A stretch of 32,000 nt of DNA from Puniceicoccales bacterium (GTDB lineage: Bacteria; Verrucomicrobiota; Verrucomicrobiia; Opitutales; JAIRLG01). Position 1 is the stretch's first letter, and each line of letters begins with the position of its first letter. Of the stretch, positions 1-9,704 are shown piece by piece. The stretch is from positions 36,286 to 68,285 of the forward strand of contig JAITRB010000007.1 of NCBI GenBank assembly GCA_031288595.1, given 5' to 3'. Below the pieces are notes generated by a model. The model was not told where the DNA came from. It searched no databases and worked only from the letters and a program-made list of their open reading frames with translations. A program made the translations under genes and the position numbers.

Positions 1-1076
1 CGCGCGTCATCGGCCAGCGAGGGCCTGATTTCGTTGAGTTCCACCACGTGCATCGCGAATTCCAGCGGATTGTTGAGGACATTGCTCAGCTCAAATGCCT
101 CCCGTTGGGAAAAATCTCCCGAAATACTCGCCTGGCCGCCCTCGATTTCCTGCCGGATAACCGGCGCCGAGTAAGGCTTGCCGTCGAGGACGATGGCCAG
201 CTGATGGCCGACATGACGGCGGGTGACCTCGGCAAAGCGCTCCCGGCCCTCGGCGGTCATGCTTAGGCTGATCTCATAGCCGCCATAGGCATTGGTCATC
301 ACCTGGGCGCTCTGGACGGATTTCCCGGTCATCTCCGGAACGCGCTTGATGAAATAAGGGAGCTTCTGTATCTGACCTGTCTTGTGATCTTCCCGTTCTA
401 GAGCGAGCAGTTCATAGCCCAACGGCGGGGTATCGGAAAAGCTTGTGGGGTGCTGCTGCGGATGGACGAGGCGGAACTCTAGTTTGGCTGGTTTCTTGAG
501 GACATCGATGACCTCAGGGTTATCCTTGGTGGAAATGCCCGGGAGTTGAATCTCGATCTGGCGCTCGCCGCGGGCCCGCAGAATGGGCTCCGTAACGCCC
601 AGACCGTCGATGCGCCGAGACATAATCTCGATGGCCTTGGCGAGAGGCATTTCCGTCCGCACACCGGAGGAATGTGCCTGCTCGTCGATTTCCAAGACGA
701 AGGATACCCCACCGGCCAGGTCGAGACCTCGGGGAAGGGAGCTCTGGCATTCTTTCAACAGGGTGCGGAGCAGAAGGCCGTTGCGCCGCTCGACGTTCTT
801 GAGGTCACCGAGCCGGATGTCTGGGAAAAACTTAGCCAGATCGACCTCCTCCTCCTGGGCTAGGCGCTGAAGGGCGAGATAGAGCGTGGAATCATGCCCT
901 ACAGCCACTTCCTCCTGGGCCCGTCGGAGCAGGATTTGAAATCCCTCCGCTTCTGCCCTAGCGCGATGCTGGATGAAGTCGTCGAACGGTCGTGAGCGCA
1001 GAGGCCGGAGGCTATACCCAGACCACAGCGCGATGAGAAGGGAAAAAATACCCTTGAGCCAGAGAGATCTTTTCAT
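1..1076 (-). CDS. secD: Protein translocase subunit SecD, N-terminal part (gene runs off the window start)
   Basis: Absent from the ORF track because it has no stop inside the window. My reverse-strand translation from ATG 1076..1074 stays open to position 1. It reads MKRSLWLKGIFSLLIALWSGY (N-terminal TM), then GLDLAGGVSFVLEID, AIEIMSRRIDGLGVTEPILRARGERQIEIQLPGI, LEFRLVH and GHQLAIVLDGKPYSAPVIRQEIEGGQASISG, which are typical SecD periplasmic-domain motifs. yajC lies directly upstream, as in yajC-secDF operons. Confidence 0.85.
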   Translation of the reverse strand, partial: MKRSLWLKGIFSLLIALWSGYSLRPLRSRPFDDFIQHRARAEAEGFQILLRRAQEEVAVGHDSTLYLALQRLAQEEEVDLAKFFPDIRLGDLKNVERRNGLLLRTLLKECQSSLPRGLDLAGGVSFVLEIDEQAHSSGVRTEMPLAKAIEIMSRRIDGLGVTEPILRARGERQIEIQLPGISTKDNPEVIDVLKKPAKLEFRLVHPQQHPTSFSDTPPLGYELLALEREDHKTGQIQKLPYFIKRVPEMTGKSVQSAQVMTNAYGGYEISLSMTAEGRERFAEVTRRHVGHQLAIVLDGKPYSAPVIRQEIEGGQASISGDFSQREAFELSNVLNNPLEFAMHVVELNEIRPSLADDA

Positions 1077-1178
1077 GGTGTTTTTTTACACTGGAACAAA
1101 TGCTCCCCTGTCGCCTCGCCGGATCTCTCCCCCCTGTCGAGCTTTTCATCCGCTCCTCCCTTGGGCTGGATTTTTATC

Positions 1179-1595
1179 TCATCTCTGCGCCCGCGTTCCC
1201 TCTGGTGGGGATCCAGAAGCCCTTTCCGCTTGCTGCGACAGCTTGCACTGAACGGAGGCTTTGTGGATCTCGATCTTCACGTTATCGGCGATTTTGATGA
1301 CGAAACGATCCGGTCGGACGGAGACGATACTGGCATAGATCCCGGCGCTGGTCAGGATCTCGTCGCCGCTCTTCAGCTCCTGGAGCATTTGGGCGTGCTG
1401 CTTCTGTCGCTTGCGCTGGGGCGCGATCATCAGGAACCACATGCCGGCAAAGAGCAGGAGGAAGATGAGAATGGAAATGCCTCCGTTCGGCGCTGCGACC
1501 GGTACTTCCGAAATGACCAGATGGAGATGCTTCAATCCTCTCATGCTTTGGGGAAAGCAAGGACAATCATTGCTCGAGCGCAAGAAATTTGTCAT
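1179..1595 (-). CDS. yajC: Preprotein translocase subunit YajC
   Basis: The ORF has one TM helix followed by the YajC core: ILIFLLLFAGMWFLMIAPQRKRQKQHAQMLQELKSGDEILTSAGIYASIVSVRPDRFVIKIADNVKIEIHKASV. It sits upstream of secD. The start is uncertain; the internal ATG at 1544 (MRGLKHL...) would give a more typical length. Confidence 0.8.
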   Translation of the reverse strand: MTNFLRSSNDCPCFPQSMRGLKHLHLVISEVPVAAPNGGISILIFLLLFAGMWFLMIAPQRKRQKQHAQMLQELKSGDEILTSAGIYASIVSVRPDRFVIKIADNVKIEIHKASVQCKLSQQAERASGSPPEGTRAQR

Positions 1596-1738
1596 ACAGA
1601 GTCCTGATGCGAGGAATAAAAAGAGATCTCCTCCTCTCCTGCCCTACAAGCTCGCTATCCATTGACTGCTTTCTGTTGCTTGCGGTTTAGTGAAGATTCA
1701 TTACCCTTCAACAGTGGCCTGAAGTGGAGTAGGATTAT

Positions 1739-3169
1739 ATGGGTGGGGTTAAGATAGAGAGGATGGTTCAGCTTCCATCGGGAATGTCCGCTGGAGGGTC
1801 CAATAGCCTGGGAGTTCTTCAGAAAAGTGGGCATCAATTTTTTAAGCTATCCGATTTAGCGGAATCTGGACCTATTCAGCAGGGTAGTGCTAGCTCTGGG
1901 GCTAGTGCTGCGGGTTATGCAGGAACAGTTCAGAACATCAGGGACGAAATCCTGGATTCCGTGAGGTCGCGATCTCTGATGGATCGTATACGTGATCCCC
2001 GTAATCATGCGGCGAAGACCCAGATCCTGCAGCTGGTACAACTATCCGCGAGGGAAAATCGAGAGGCAAATGCTGCAAATGCCTTGATATCGCTTATGCA
2101 CGATACGGGTGCGAGGCCTCTTGTTACCAGTGCCTTGGCATCTGCCATGGGTAGCGCCCCATGGGTAGCCGAGCGCAATACAAAAATAGCGAGTGGTGTG
2201 TTGAATACGGATACTCTGGCCGCCGATGCAGCCCGGTTTTACGGCATGCTGGACAATCGCTCTCGGGATGGCGTTGATTTCAGACAAGCTTTCCAAAAAA
2301 CCTTTTCCCAGCTTGGAAATCATGGAGTACTTAAGGACGGCAATTCCTCCTTCTGGAAAGCCATGAGTGGCTTGGAGCCACAGGAACGTCTTCAATTCCT
2401 CCAGATGACGAAAGCGTGTGGTGTTCAGGAGAGTTTTGAGCTTGCTCCCAGAGATTTGATGCTAGGTAAATTGGGCGTAAAAGCGGGAAGTGAGAAACCT
2501 TGGGATGCCATGCTGCAGGTGCAGTTGATAAAGGTCGGGGCTCGACAGATAGCGAGTTATCGAGACTTGGAGACTCAAATCCTAATCCCCATAGGGAACG
2601 TGCATAGAAGTGAATCTGGAGTAGCTACTGCCGTGGCACACCTGAGAAACGCTGGGAGCCGAAATGATGCCTTACAGCGTTTATCAGCTGTAAGTACGCA
2701 AATAGAGGCATTGCGAGGAGCTATGGCAAGCCTACCTGAAGATTCATTTGTGGCAGGTGTGCAGCGTGCATTTAAGGAGCGTGCCGAAATTTTGGGCGAA
2801 CAGCGGACCTTTTTGACTTCTGATAGACCGTGCGCGCAGATGATTGAGCAGATGCAGCGGCGGACGCTCGAGGCTCTGAGGGGGATGTACCGTTTTATTC
2901 CTTATGCAGCAGGAGGAAAGGACCTTAGATATCCCAATTTGGAGGCGCGTTATAGGGGCACTTCTCCTAGCAGTAAATCGATCCCAGATCAACTGGCTGA
3001 GGCCATACAGAATATCAGAAGCAATATCGATACGAAATCAACTTCGGGGCCAGGGAACAGTGGCTTTGGGGAGTATGAGGCGAGTCGCATTAGGGTATTT
3101 TTGAAAAAAGCAGAAGAGATCTTAAATCTCTCCCCAGAAGATGTGTCGTCAGCCGTAAGTAATACCTGA
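1739..3169 (+). CDS. Hypothetical protein, 476 aa, no family recognised
   Basis: Long open frame with GGAG 9 nt upstream of ATG 1739. The N-terminal ~60 aa are Ser/Gly/Ala-rich, the rest looks helical, and I see no signal peptide or TM segment. Sample lines count 47-53% GC, against 67-70% in lines from nearby core genes. Confidence 0.6.
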   Translation: MGGVKIERMVQLPSGMSAGGSNSLGVLQKSGHQFFKLSDLAESGPIQQGSASSGASAAGYAGTVQNIRDEILDSVRSRSLMDRIRDPRNHAAKTQILQLVQLSARENREANAANALISLMHDTGARPLVTSALASAMGSAPWVAERNTKIASGVLNTDTLAADAARFYGMLDNRSRDGVDFRQAFQKTFSQLGNHGVLKDGNSSFWKAMSGLEPQERLQFLQMTKACGVQESFELAPRDLMLGKLGVKAGSEKPWDAMLQVQLIKVGARQIASYRDLETQILIPIGNVHRSESGVATAVAHLRNAGSRNDALQRLSAVSTQIEALRGAMASLPEDSFVAGVQRAFKERAEILGEQRTFLTSDRPCAQMIEQMQRRTLEALRGMYRFIPYAAGGKDLRYPNLEARYRGTSPSSKSIPDQLAEAIQNIRSNIDTKSTSGPGNSGFGEYEASRIRVFLKKAEEILNLSPEDVSSAVSNT

Positions 3170-3261
3170 AGGCAAATCTCCGCGAGAAAAATTCTTTCGA
3201 AATAAGGACCCTAGCGCTAGATCCAGGGATCTGTAACTCTGGCTGTGCCCAGATTTTATTT

Positions 3262-4179
3262 CTACGCTTCCCGATGGCGGGGATTTAGATAGGCCAGGAG
3301 GATGTCGCTGACAAAGTTGAGGGTGATGACAGCGGTGGCGTAGAGAATCGTAATACCTAGGATGAGGGTTGTGTCGCGATTGCTGATGGACTGTACCAAA
3401 AGCCGTCCCATGCCCGGCACCTGGAAGACCGTTTCGACGATGAAGGAACCGGTGATCAACCCGGCCACAGTAGGCCCTAGAAAGGCGATGACCGACTGGA
3501 TACCGTTGCGCAGGGTGTGGAAGAGGAAGATGCGTCCCTCAGACAGGCCGCGGGCCCGGGCTGCCCGGATGTAGTCCTTCTGCAGCACTTGGGAAAGTCC
3601 ATTGCGGGTCAGACGGGCGATGTAGGCAGCGTAGACCAGGCCCAGCGTGAGCGCGGGGAGGATCTTCTGATTCCAGTTCTCCCAGCCGGTGCAGGCCACC
3701 CAGTGGAGTCGGTAGGCAAAGATATAGGCGAAGAGCGGACCCATGACGAAGGTGGGGAGGCAGATGCCGAACATCGCGAGGCCCATGCAGCCCGTGTCGA
3801 CCCAGCTATGGGGATGAAAGGCGCTGAACGAGCCCAAGACGAGACCCAGCACGAGAGCCACCAGCAGCGCATAGCCACCGAGCTCGACACTGACCAGGAT
3901 TTTCTGCTGGACAAGTTCCTTTACGTCCCAGCCAGCATATTTGTAGGAAGGGCCTAGGTCACCTTGGAAAAGCCGGAACAGGTAGCGCCCGTACTGCTGC
4001 AGCGGACTGGCGTTGAGACCGTAGCGCTCGTTCATGGCCGCCTGGATTTCCGGTGGTACCCGTCTCTCCGCGTCAAAGGGCCCTCCCGGGGCCATCTGGG
4101 TTAGGAAAAAGGTCATGGTGATGACGCAGAAGAGTACTGCCAGTGTCAAAATCAGTCGTTTGAAAAGGAACCGAAACAT
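3262..4179 (-). CDS. ABC transporter permease, OppB/DppB (peptide/nickel) family
   Basis: The N-terminus MFRFLFKRLILTLAVLFCVITMTFFLTQMAPGGPFD and the motifs QQYGRYLFRLFQGDLGPSY and KDYIRAARARGLSEGRIFLFHTLRNG (EAA-loop region) are characteristic of OppB/DppB-type permeases. Confidence 0.9.
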   Translation of the reverse strand: MFRFLFKRLILTLAVLFCVITMTFFLTQMAPGGPFDAERRVPPEIQAAMNERYGLNASPLQQYGRYLFRLFQGDLGPSYKYAGWDVKELVQQKILVSVELGGYALLVALVLGLVLGSFSAFHPHSWVDTGCMGLAMFGICLPTFVMGPLFAYIFAYRLHWVACTGWENWNQKILPALTLGLVYAAYIARLTRNGLSQVLQKDYIRAARARGLSEGRIFLFHTLRNGIQSVIAFLGPTVAGLITGSFIVETVFQVPGMGRLLVQSISNRDTTLILGITILYATAVITLNFVSDILLAYLNPRHREA

Positions 4180-4185
4180 GTTGTT

Positions 4186-5169
4186 TTAGAGGTAGCGGAT
4201 GAAGGCCTTGACCCGTAATTCCTGAATCCAGCGCTCGTAGCGTTCCTGCTGCCGCTGCTCCAGAAGGTTTTCCTGAAGCGAGGCGTAGACCTCAGGTAAG
4301 GCTTTCCTGTGGGCCGGCTGCTGCCCGCTCAGGTGGAGCAGGACGAAGGCCTGGGGGAGCTCCAGCCAGGGTGTATTCTCACCCTCGCCGAGTTCCTGAA
4401 CGGCCTCCTGTAGCTCCGGCCGCAGGTCATCCAGTGCTGTCCAGCCGGGATTCTGGTACTGAAGGGCCGGCATTTCCCTCTGCCAGAGAAGACAGTTCTT
4501 GGCCAAGTCATTCCCGGATTGCCATGTCTTTAGCAGGGACGCGAGCTGTGGCCGGAGCGAATCCCTTTCCGCCTCATCCCTATAGGGCATGATGGCCTCT
4601 TGCAGCTGCAGCTGCGCCTTCTGGTAAGATTCCTCCGGGTGCAGGCGGTAGTGGTCCATGAGCTCCGAAGGGCAGATGGGGTCTTTGATCTGCTCCTGTC
4701 GCATGAAGTGGACGATGGCGTGCTGGCGGATTTCCTCCTTGAGCTCCTGGATGGACTTGCCGTGCTGGTGGAGGTAATCCGCGAGGAGTCGCCGCTGATT
4801 GTGGAAGCGATTCTGGAGATGTTCCTGGTAACGCTGCTCGACGAAGGAGGGGGGAATCTTCCCCTTCCGGCCTTCGAAGTCCCTGACGATGAGCCGGCGA
4901 TCGATCATTTCGTCCAAATGCTGCCGAAGGGACTTGGGATCGCCCGCCATTCGGGTCTCCGTTTCAGGAGTGGCCTGCGCTGCCTGATGGTTCTGCTCCA
5001 GCTGCCAGGAAGTAATGGCTTGATCCTCCACGAGGGCGACGAGGCGGTTGGAAAAGGACGAGGGCAAAGCATCTGAGCTCGACAGCCCCAGTGCGCATAT
5101 CACGGACATGAGGGATGACCGACACTGCATGGTGCTTCCGAACGCTGAGGAGATTATTCCGCGTTTCAA
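4186..5169 (-). CDS. SurA/PrsA-like periplasmic chaperone (SurA N-terminal-domain type, no clear parvulin motif)
   Basis: Signal-like N-terminus (LMSVICALGLSSS), then RLVALVEDQAITSWQLEQ, DEMIDRRLIVRDF and a C-terminal ERYERWIQELRVKAFIRYL. This layout matches SurA_N-type chaperones. The assignment rests on motif resemblance only, and the start could be the internal M at 5130. Confidence 0.5.
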   Translation of the reverse strand: MKRGIISSAFGSTMQCRSSLMSVICALGLSSSDALPSSFSNRLVALVEDQAITSWQLEQNHQAAQATPETETRMAGDPKSLRQHLDEMIDRRLIVRDFEGRKGKIPPSFVEQRYQEHLQNRFHNQRRLLADYLHQHGKSIQELKEEIRQHAIVHFMRQEQIKDPICPSELMDHYRLHPEESYQKAQLQLQEAIMPYRDEAERDSLRPQLASLLKTWQSGNDLAKNCLLWQREMPALQYQNPGWTALDDLRPELQEAVQELGEGENTPWLELPQAFVLLHLSGQQPAHRKALPEVYASLQENLLEQRQQERYERWIQELRVKAFIRYL

Positions 5170-5190
5170 GGAGAAAAAGGACCGAGGGTG

Positions 5191-5272
5191 TGTGGCTGTC
5201 TTTGGATTCCGGAGGAATCACCCACGGAGTGGGTATCCGCCAGGCTGCAGCCTGGCGGCAAAGACAGCCACA
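5191..5272. repeat. Four-way-junction intergenic element, copy G (82 nt)
   Basis: Closing stem TGTGGCTGTCTTT (5191-5203) pairs with AAAGACAGCCACA (5260-5272). Inside are three hairpins: GATTCC-gga-GGAATC (5205-5219), ACCCAC-gga-GTGGGT (5220-5234) and CCGCCAGGC-tgca-GCCTGGCGG (5237-5258). It lies between the clpX-like stop and the SurA-like start. Confidence 0.8.
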
Positions 5273-5307
5273 GATAGCCGGTACGAGGCCTGGGTTCTGA
5301 AACGGTA

Positions 5308-7254
<1,947 letters not shown>

Positions 7255-7433
7255 GGGAGATAAGTATACACAGAAAATTCTCCCCTGGGCAATCCAGAAG
7301 CAGCGGTGTGGATGAAAAGAGTATCCGAGCGACCGAAAATGAAGCGGCGCAGCGGATTTATTCAGAAGGGCCAGGCTTCTCCTTTCGATTTTAGGGAGCT
7401 TGGGCTAGGGGAAACTGGCCGTGATCTTTTTCC

Positions 7434-7527
7434 TGCCGGCTTTCGATTCCCAAGGAATCTCGCCCGCTTCGCGGGCTCCCCTGAGGGCCCAGGACGTCGT
7501 CCTGGGCCCTCAGGGGGAAAGCCGGCA
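7434..7527. repeat. Four-way-junction intergenic element, copy A (94 nt)
   Basis: Closing stem TGCCGGCTTTC (7434-7444) pairs with GAAAGCCGGCA (7517-7527). Hairpins are GATTCC-caa-GGAATC (7445-7459), GCCCGC-ttc-GCGGGC (7462-7476) and the 18-bp CCCCTGAGGGCCCAGGAC-gtc-GTCCTGGGCCCTCAGGGG (7478-7516). It lies in the divergent clpX-like/rpoZ spacer. Confidence 0.8.
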
Positions 7528-7682
7528 GCTCTCCCAGGACCCTTCCCCTATCTGCCAAATCCTCCCTGCGCCAATCGCGGCCTTCTACGAACTCTCCTCA
7601 TCCTTCTACGAGCGCTTTTCCTGTAACGGCTCTTCCTCCCTTGGAACTTGACAATGGAAGCTCGAAAATACTCTCCTGCACT

Positions 7683-7907
7683 GTGAGAGATGATTATTTA
7701 AAGCTGGCACAGGAGAGAGTCGATGATCCGCGCATCCTGGTCAATCTCATATCCCAGCGGGTACGCCAGTTGCGCTTCGGGGCAAGACCGCTGGTCGAGA
7801 CCCTGGAACGCCTGGATCCGGAGGATTTGGCGCTGCGGGAGATCATGGCCGGCAAGATTTCCTACGAACTGCCCGGTGCCGTGAGCTCTTCGCCGGAAGA
7901 GAGCTGA
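7683..7907 (+). CDS. rpoZ: DNA-directed RNA polymerase subunit omega
   Basis: DDYLKLAQERVDDPRILVNLISQRVRQLRFGARPLVE...EDLALREIMAGKI matches the conserved omega core. The longest ORF starts at TTG 7641. I prefer the in-frame GTG at 7683 because omega normally starts a few residues before this motif, but the start remains uncertain. Confidence 0.7.
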   Translation: MRDDYLKLAQERVDDPRILVNLISQRVRQLRFGARPLVETLERLDPEDLALREIMAGKISYELPGAVSSSPEES

Positions 7908-8005
7908 GCCCGTTCCCCTTCTCGAGGGTATTTCTTCCTCGTTTTATCGGCGTCTCTCAAAGCGCGGGTTGACGCTGTCTCCGCTCTGGCCACGCTGGGT
8001 GCCCC

Positions 8006-8470
8006 ATGGTGGAAATTCTCAACCGCAAGGCCTCTCACCGCTACCTGATCGGAAATACTTTTGTCGCGGGAATCGTGCTGCAGGGCACGGAGGTGAAATC
8101 CATCCGGGCCGGTAAGGCCCAGATTGCCGATGCTTTTGTCACCATCGACCGCTTGGGGAATGCCCATCTGCTCAATGCGCACATCGAGAGCTATGCCTTT
8201 GGCCATTCCCAGAACCATCTTCCGGACCGCTCGCGCCGCCTGCTCCTGCACCGGGGGGAGATCCAGAAGCTGCGCGAGGCCATTGAGCAGGAGGGGCAGT
8301 CCGTCATCCCGCTCAAACTCTATTTCGAGCGCAGCTGGGCGAAGCTGCTGGTGGCGGTTTGTCGAGGCAAGAAGCTGCATGACAGTCGCGAATCCTTGAA
8401 GGAGAAGACGGTTCAGCGCGAGACGGAGCGCTTTCTGAAAAGGAGGATAAGCGGCGGCAGGAATGGATGA
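8006..8470 (+). CDS. smpB: SsrA-binding protein SmpB
   Basis: NRKASHRYLIGNTFVAGIVLQGTEVKSIRAGKAQIADAFV...NAHIESYAFGHSQNHLPDRSRRLLLHRGEIQKL...GQSVIPLKLYF...AKLLVAVCRGKKLHDSRE is a full-length SmpB signature. Confidence 0.95.
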   Translation: MVEILNRKASHRYLIGNTFVAGIVLQGTEVKSIRAGKAQIADAFVTIDRLGNAHLLNAHIESYAFGHSQNHLPDRSRRLLLHRGEIQKLREAIEQEGQSVIPLKLYFERSWAKLLVAVCRGKKLHDSRESLKEKTVQRETERFLKRRISGGRNG

Positions 8471-8493
8471 AACCCCCTTTCCTAAAAAATCCA

Positions 8494-8520
8494 AGACCCC
8501 GGCCCATCCGGGTCTTTTTT
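8494..8520 (+). terminator. Rho-independent terminator downstream of smpB
   Basis: AAGACCC(C)GG-cccat-CCGGGTCTT stem with one bulge, followed by a T-run ending at 8520. It starts 24 nt after the smpB stop. Confidence 0.7.
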
Positions 8521-8684
8521 GAGGCTGGAGGCCTGCGCCAGCTGCAGCATCTCCTCCCCAAGAGCGGGGAAGCGATGATGGCTAGGAGCCCGGAGTCGGA
8601 GAAGGGGAGAGGCGCAAGGTCGGCAATTCCCTAGCACTTCCGCTGATTGGCCGGAGATTAGCAGAGGCTGAAACGTAAAAAAGT

Positions 8685-8712
8685 TTTACATGAAGCGGAA
8701 ACTTCTTATACT
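8685..8712 (+). promoter_or_regulatory. Candidate sigma70-type promoter for rpsT
   Basis: TTTACA (8685-8690), a 16-nt spacer, then TATACT (8707-8712), in an A/T-rich stretch about 80 nt upstream of the rpsT ATG. This is pattern match only, and promoter consensus in this lineage is not known to me. Confidence 0.35.
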
Positions 8713-8789
8713 GCCACTACATTTTTTGTTTTTTGGGAATTTTCTCTTGACGCAAGGGGGAAGGCCTCTACACCTGATGCCCGTTAAAG

Positions 8790-9041
8790 ATGGCAAATAA
8801 GAAGGCATCTCTGAAAAGCATCCGCCAGGCAGCAGTGCGGACGAGGAGCAATACCAGTGCCCTGAGTCGGCTCAAGACCTTGGCGAAAAAAGTGGCCGCC
8901 CTCGCCGGAGCAGAGCCGGAGAAGAGGCGTGAGGCAGCTATTCGCTATGTCTCGGCGATGGATAAGGCTCAAAAGGTCGGCCTCATTCATGCTCACAAAT
9001 CGGCCCGCTGCAAATCCATTATGGCTGCGTATATATTTTAG
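8790..9041 (+). CDS. rpsT: 30S ribosomal protein S20
   Basis: MANKKASLKSIRQAAVRTRSNTSALSRLKTLAKKV...AMDKAQKVGLIHAHKSARCKS is a typical bS20 sequence and length (83 aa). Confidence 0.95.
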   Translation: MANKKASLKSIRQAAVRTRSNTSALSRLKTLAKKVAALAGAEPEKRREAAIRYVSAMDKAQKVGLIHAHKSARCKSIMAAYIF

Positions 9042-9093
9042 ACTTTTAGGAGATCTAAAGTGTCTCCTAAATATACCATCCATATCCCATCCA

Positions 9094-9126
9094 GCCCCTG
9101 GTACTCCGTACTGGGGGCATTTTTTT
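9094..9126 (+). terminator. Rho-independent terminator downstream of rpsT
   Basis: GCCCC(t)GGTAC-tcc-GTAC(t)GGGGGC is an imperfect hairpin (9094-9118), followed by A and T7 (9120-9126). A second 8-bp hairpin, TTAGGAGA-tctaaagtg-TCTCCTAA (9046-9070), lies just after the stop but has no T-run. Confidence 0.55.
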
Positions 9127-9490
9127 ATGATTTATTCGGGGGACTTCTACGAGGGATTTTTTTCTGGACTCCTGCTCCAGCATCCAGCCCTGGCCGCGCG
9201 TCCCAGGGGGGCGATGGCTTTTCAGCCTAGACCGCTCCTGAAGCACCCCGACCCGTATCGAGCTGAGCCTTCGGTGGCCATGCCGGCTGTCTGGTCGTCT
9301 CTTTCGGTCCGGGAAGAGGGAGAACTTGCCTATTCGTCTCCAGGAATATCCGGAGCCAGCTCGTGGAGAGTTTGAGAAGAAATGGGGAATAGAGGCAAAG
9401 GCCAATATCCTGAAGACCGATACGGTAGACAGCGCAGAGCACTTTCTCCAAGAAAACCTGTTGGCTTGGTGCTAGCCCTCTTCGGTTTTT

Positions 9491-9576
9491 CTGGTGCTCA
9501 GGAGGGGATTTGAACCCCTACACCTTGCGGCATACGCCCCTCAAGCGTACGTGTCTACCGATTCCACCACCTGAGC
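9491..9576 (-). tRNA. tRNA-Leu (anticodon GAG), CCA encoded
   Basis: Reverse complement: GCTCAGG-TG-GTGGAATCGGTAGACAC-G-TACGC-TTGAGGG-GCGTA-TGCCGCAAGGTGT-AGGGG-TTCAAAT-CCCCT-CCTGAGC-A-CCA. It has a 7-bp acceptor stem, the class II long variable arm, a Leu-type D-loop (GGAATCGGTAGA), a TTCAAAT T-loop, and GAG in the middle of a 7-nt anticodon loop. Confidence 0.9.
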
Positions 9577-9704
9577 CACGCTTCCTCCGCCGAAGGAAGA
9601 AGGTGCCAGCTATTGACGGGGATTGACATTTGTTCGCAACAAAAAAGGTTGTGTGGAGAACGATTTTCCGGATGTTTCCAGACAGTCCATCGGGAAGGTG
9701 TGTT

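Noticed and set aside
7306-7626. A 106-aa ORF in the clpX-like/rpoZ spacer, and the 88-aa ORF at 27887-28153
   Set aside because: Both run straight through repeat copies (A and E) and are Pro/Gly/Arg-rich. No RBS or motif supports them.
8521-8789. Possible tmRNA (ssrA) next to smpB
   Set aside because: I found no tRNA-like acceptor/T-arm (GGTTCGAATCC-type T-loop with a CCA end) and no tag-reading-frame pattern in the spacer. ssrA is presumably elsewhere.
9190-9290. Possible eighth, degenerate copy of the four-way-junction element (GATGGC ... GGCCATGC)
   Set aside because: The putative closing arms are out of register, and I could not fold three clean hairpins between them. It is too weak to call.
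9577-9704. TTGACG/TTGACA hexamers and a CTTCC-n8-GGAAG hairpin between tRNA-Leu and the 546-aa gene, as promoter or attenuator
   Set aside because: No acceptable -10 element at 16-18 nt on either strand. The hairpin is short (6 bp) and has no T-run.
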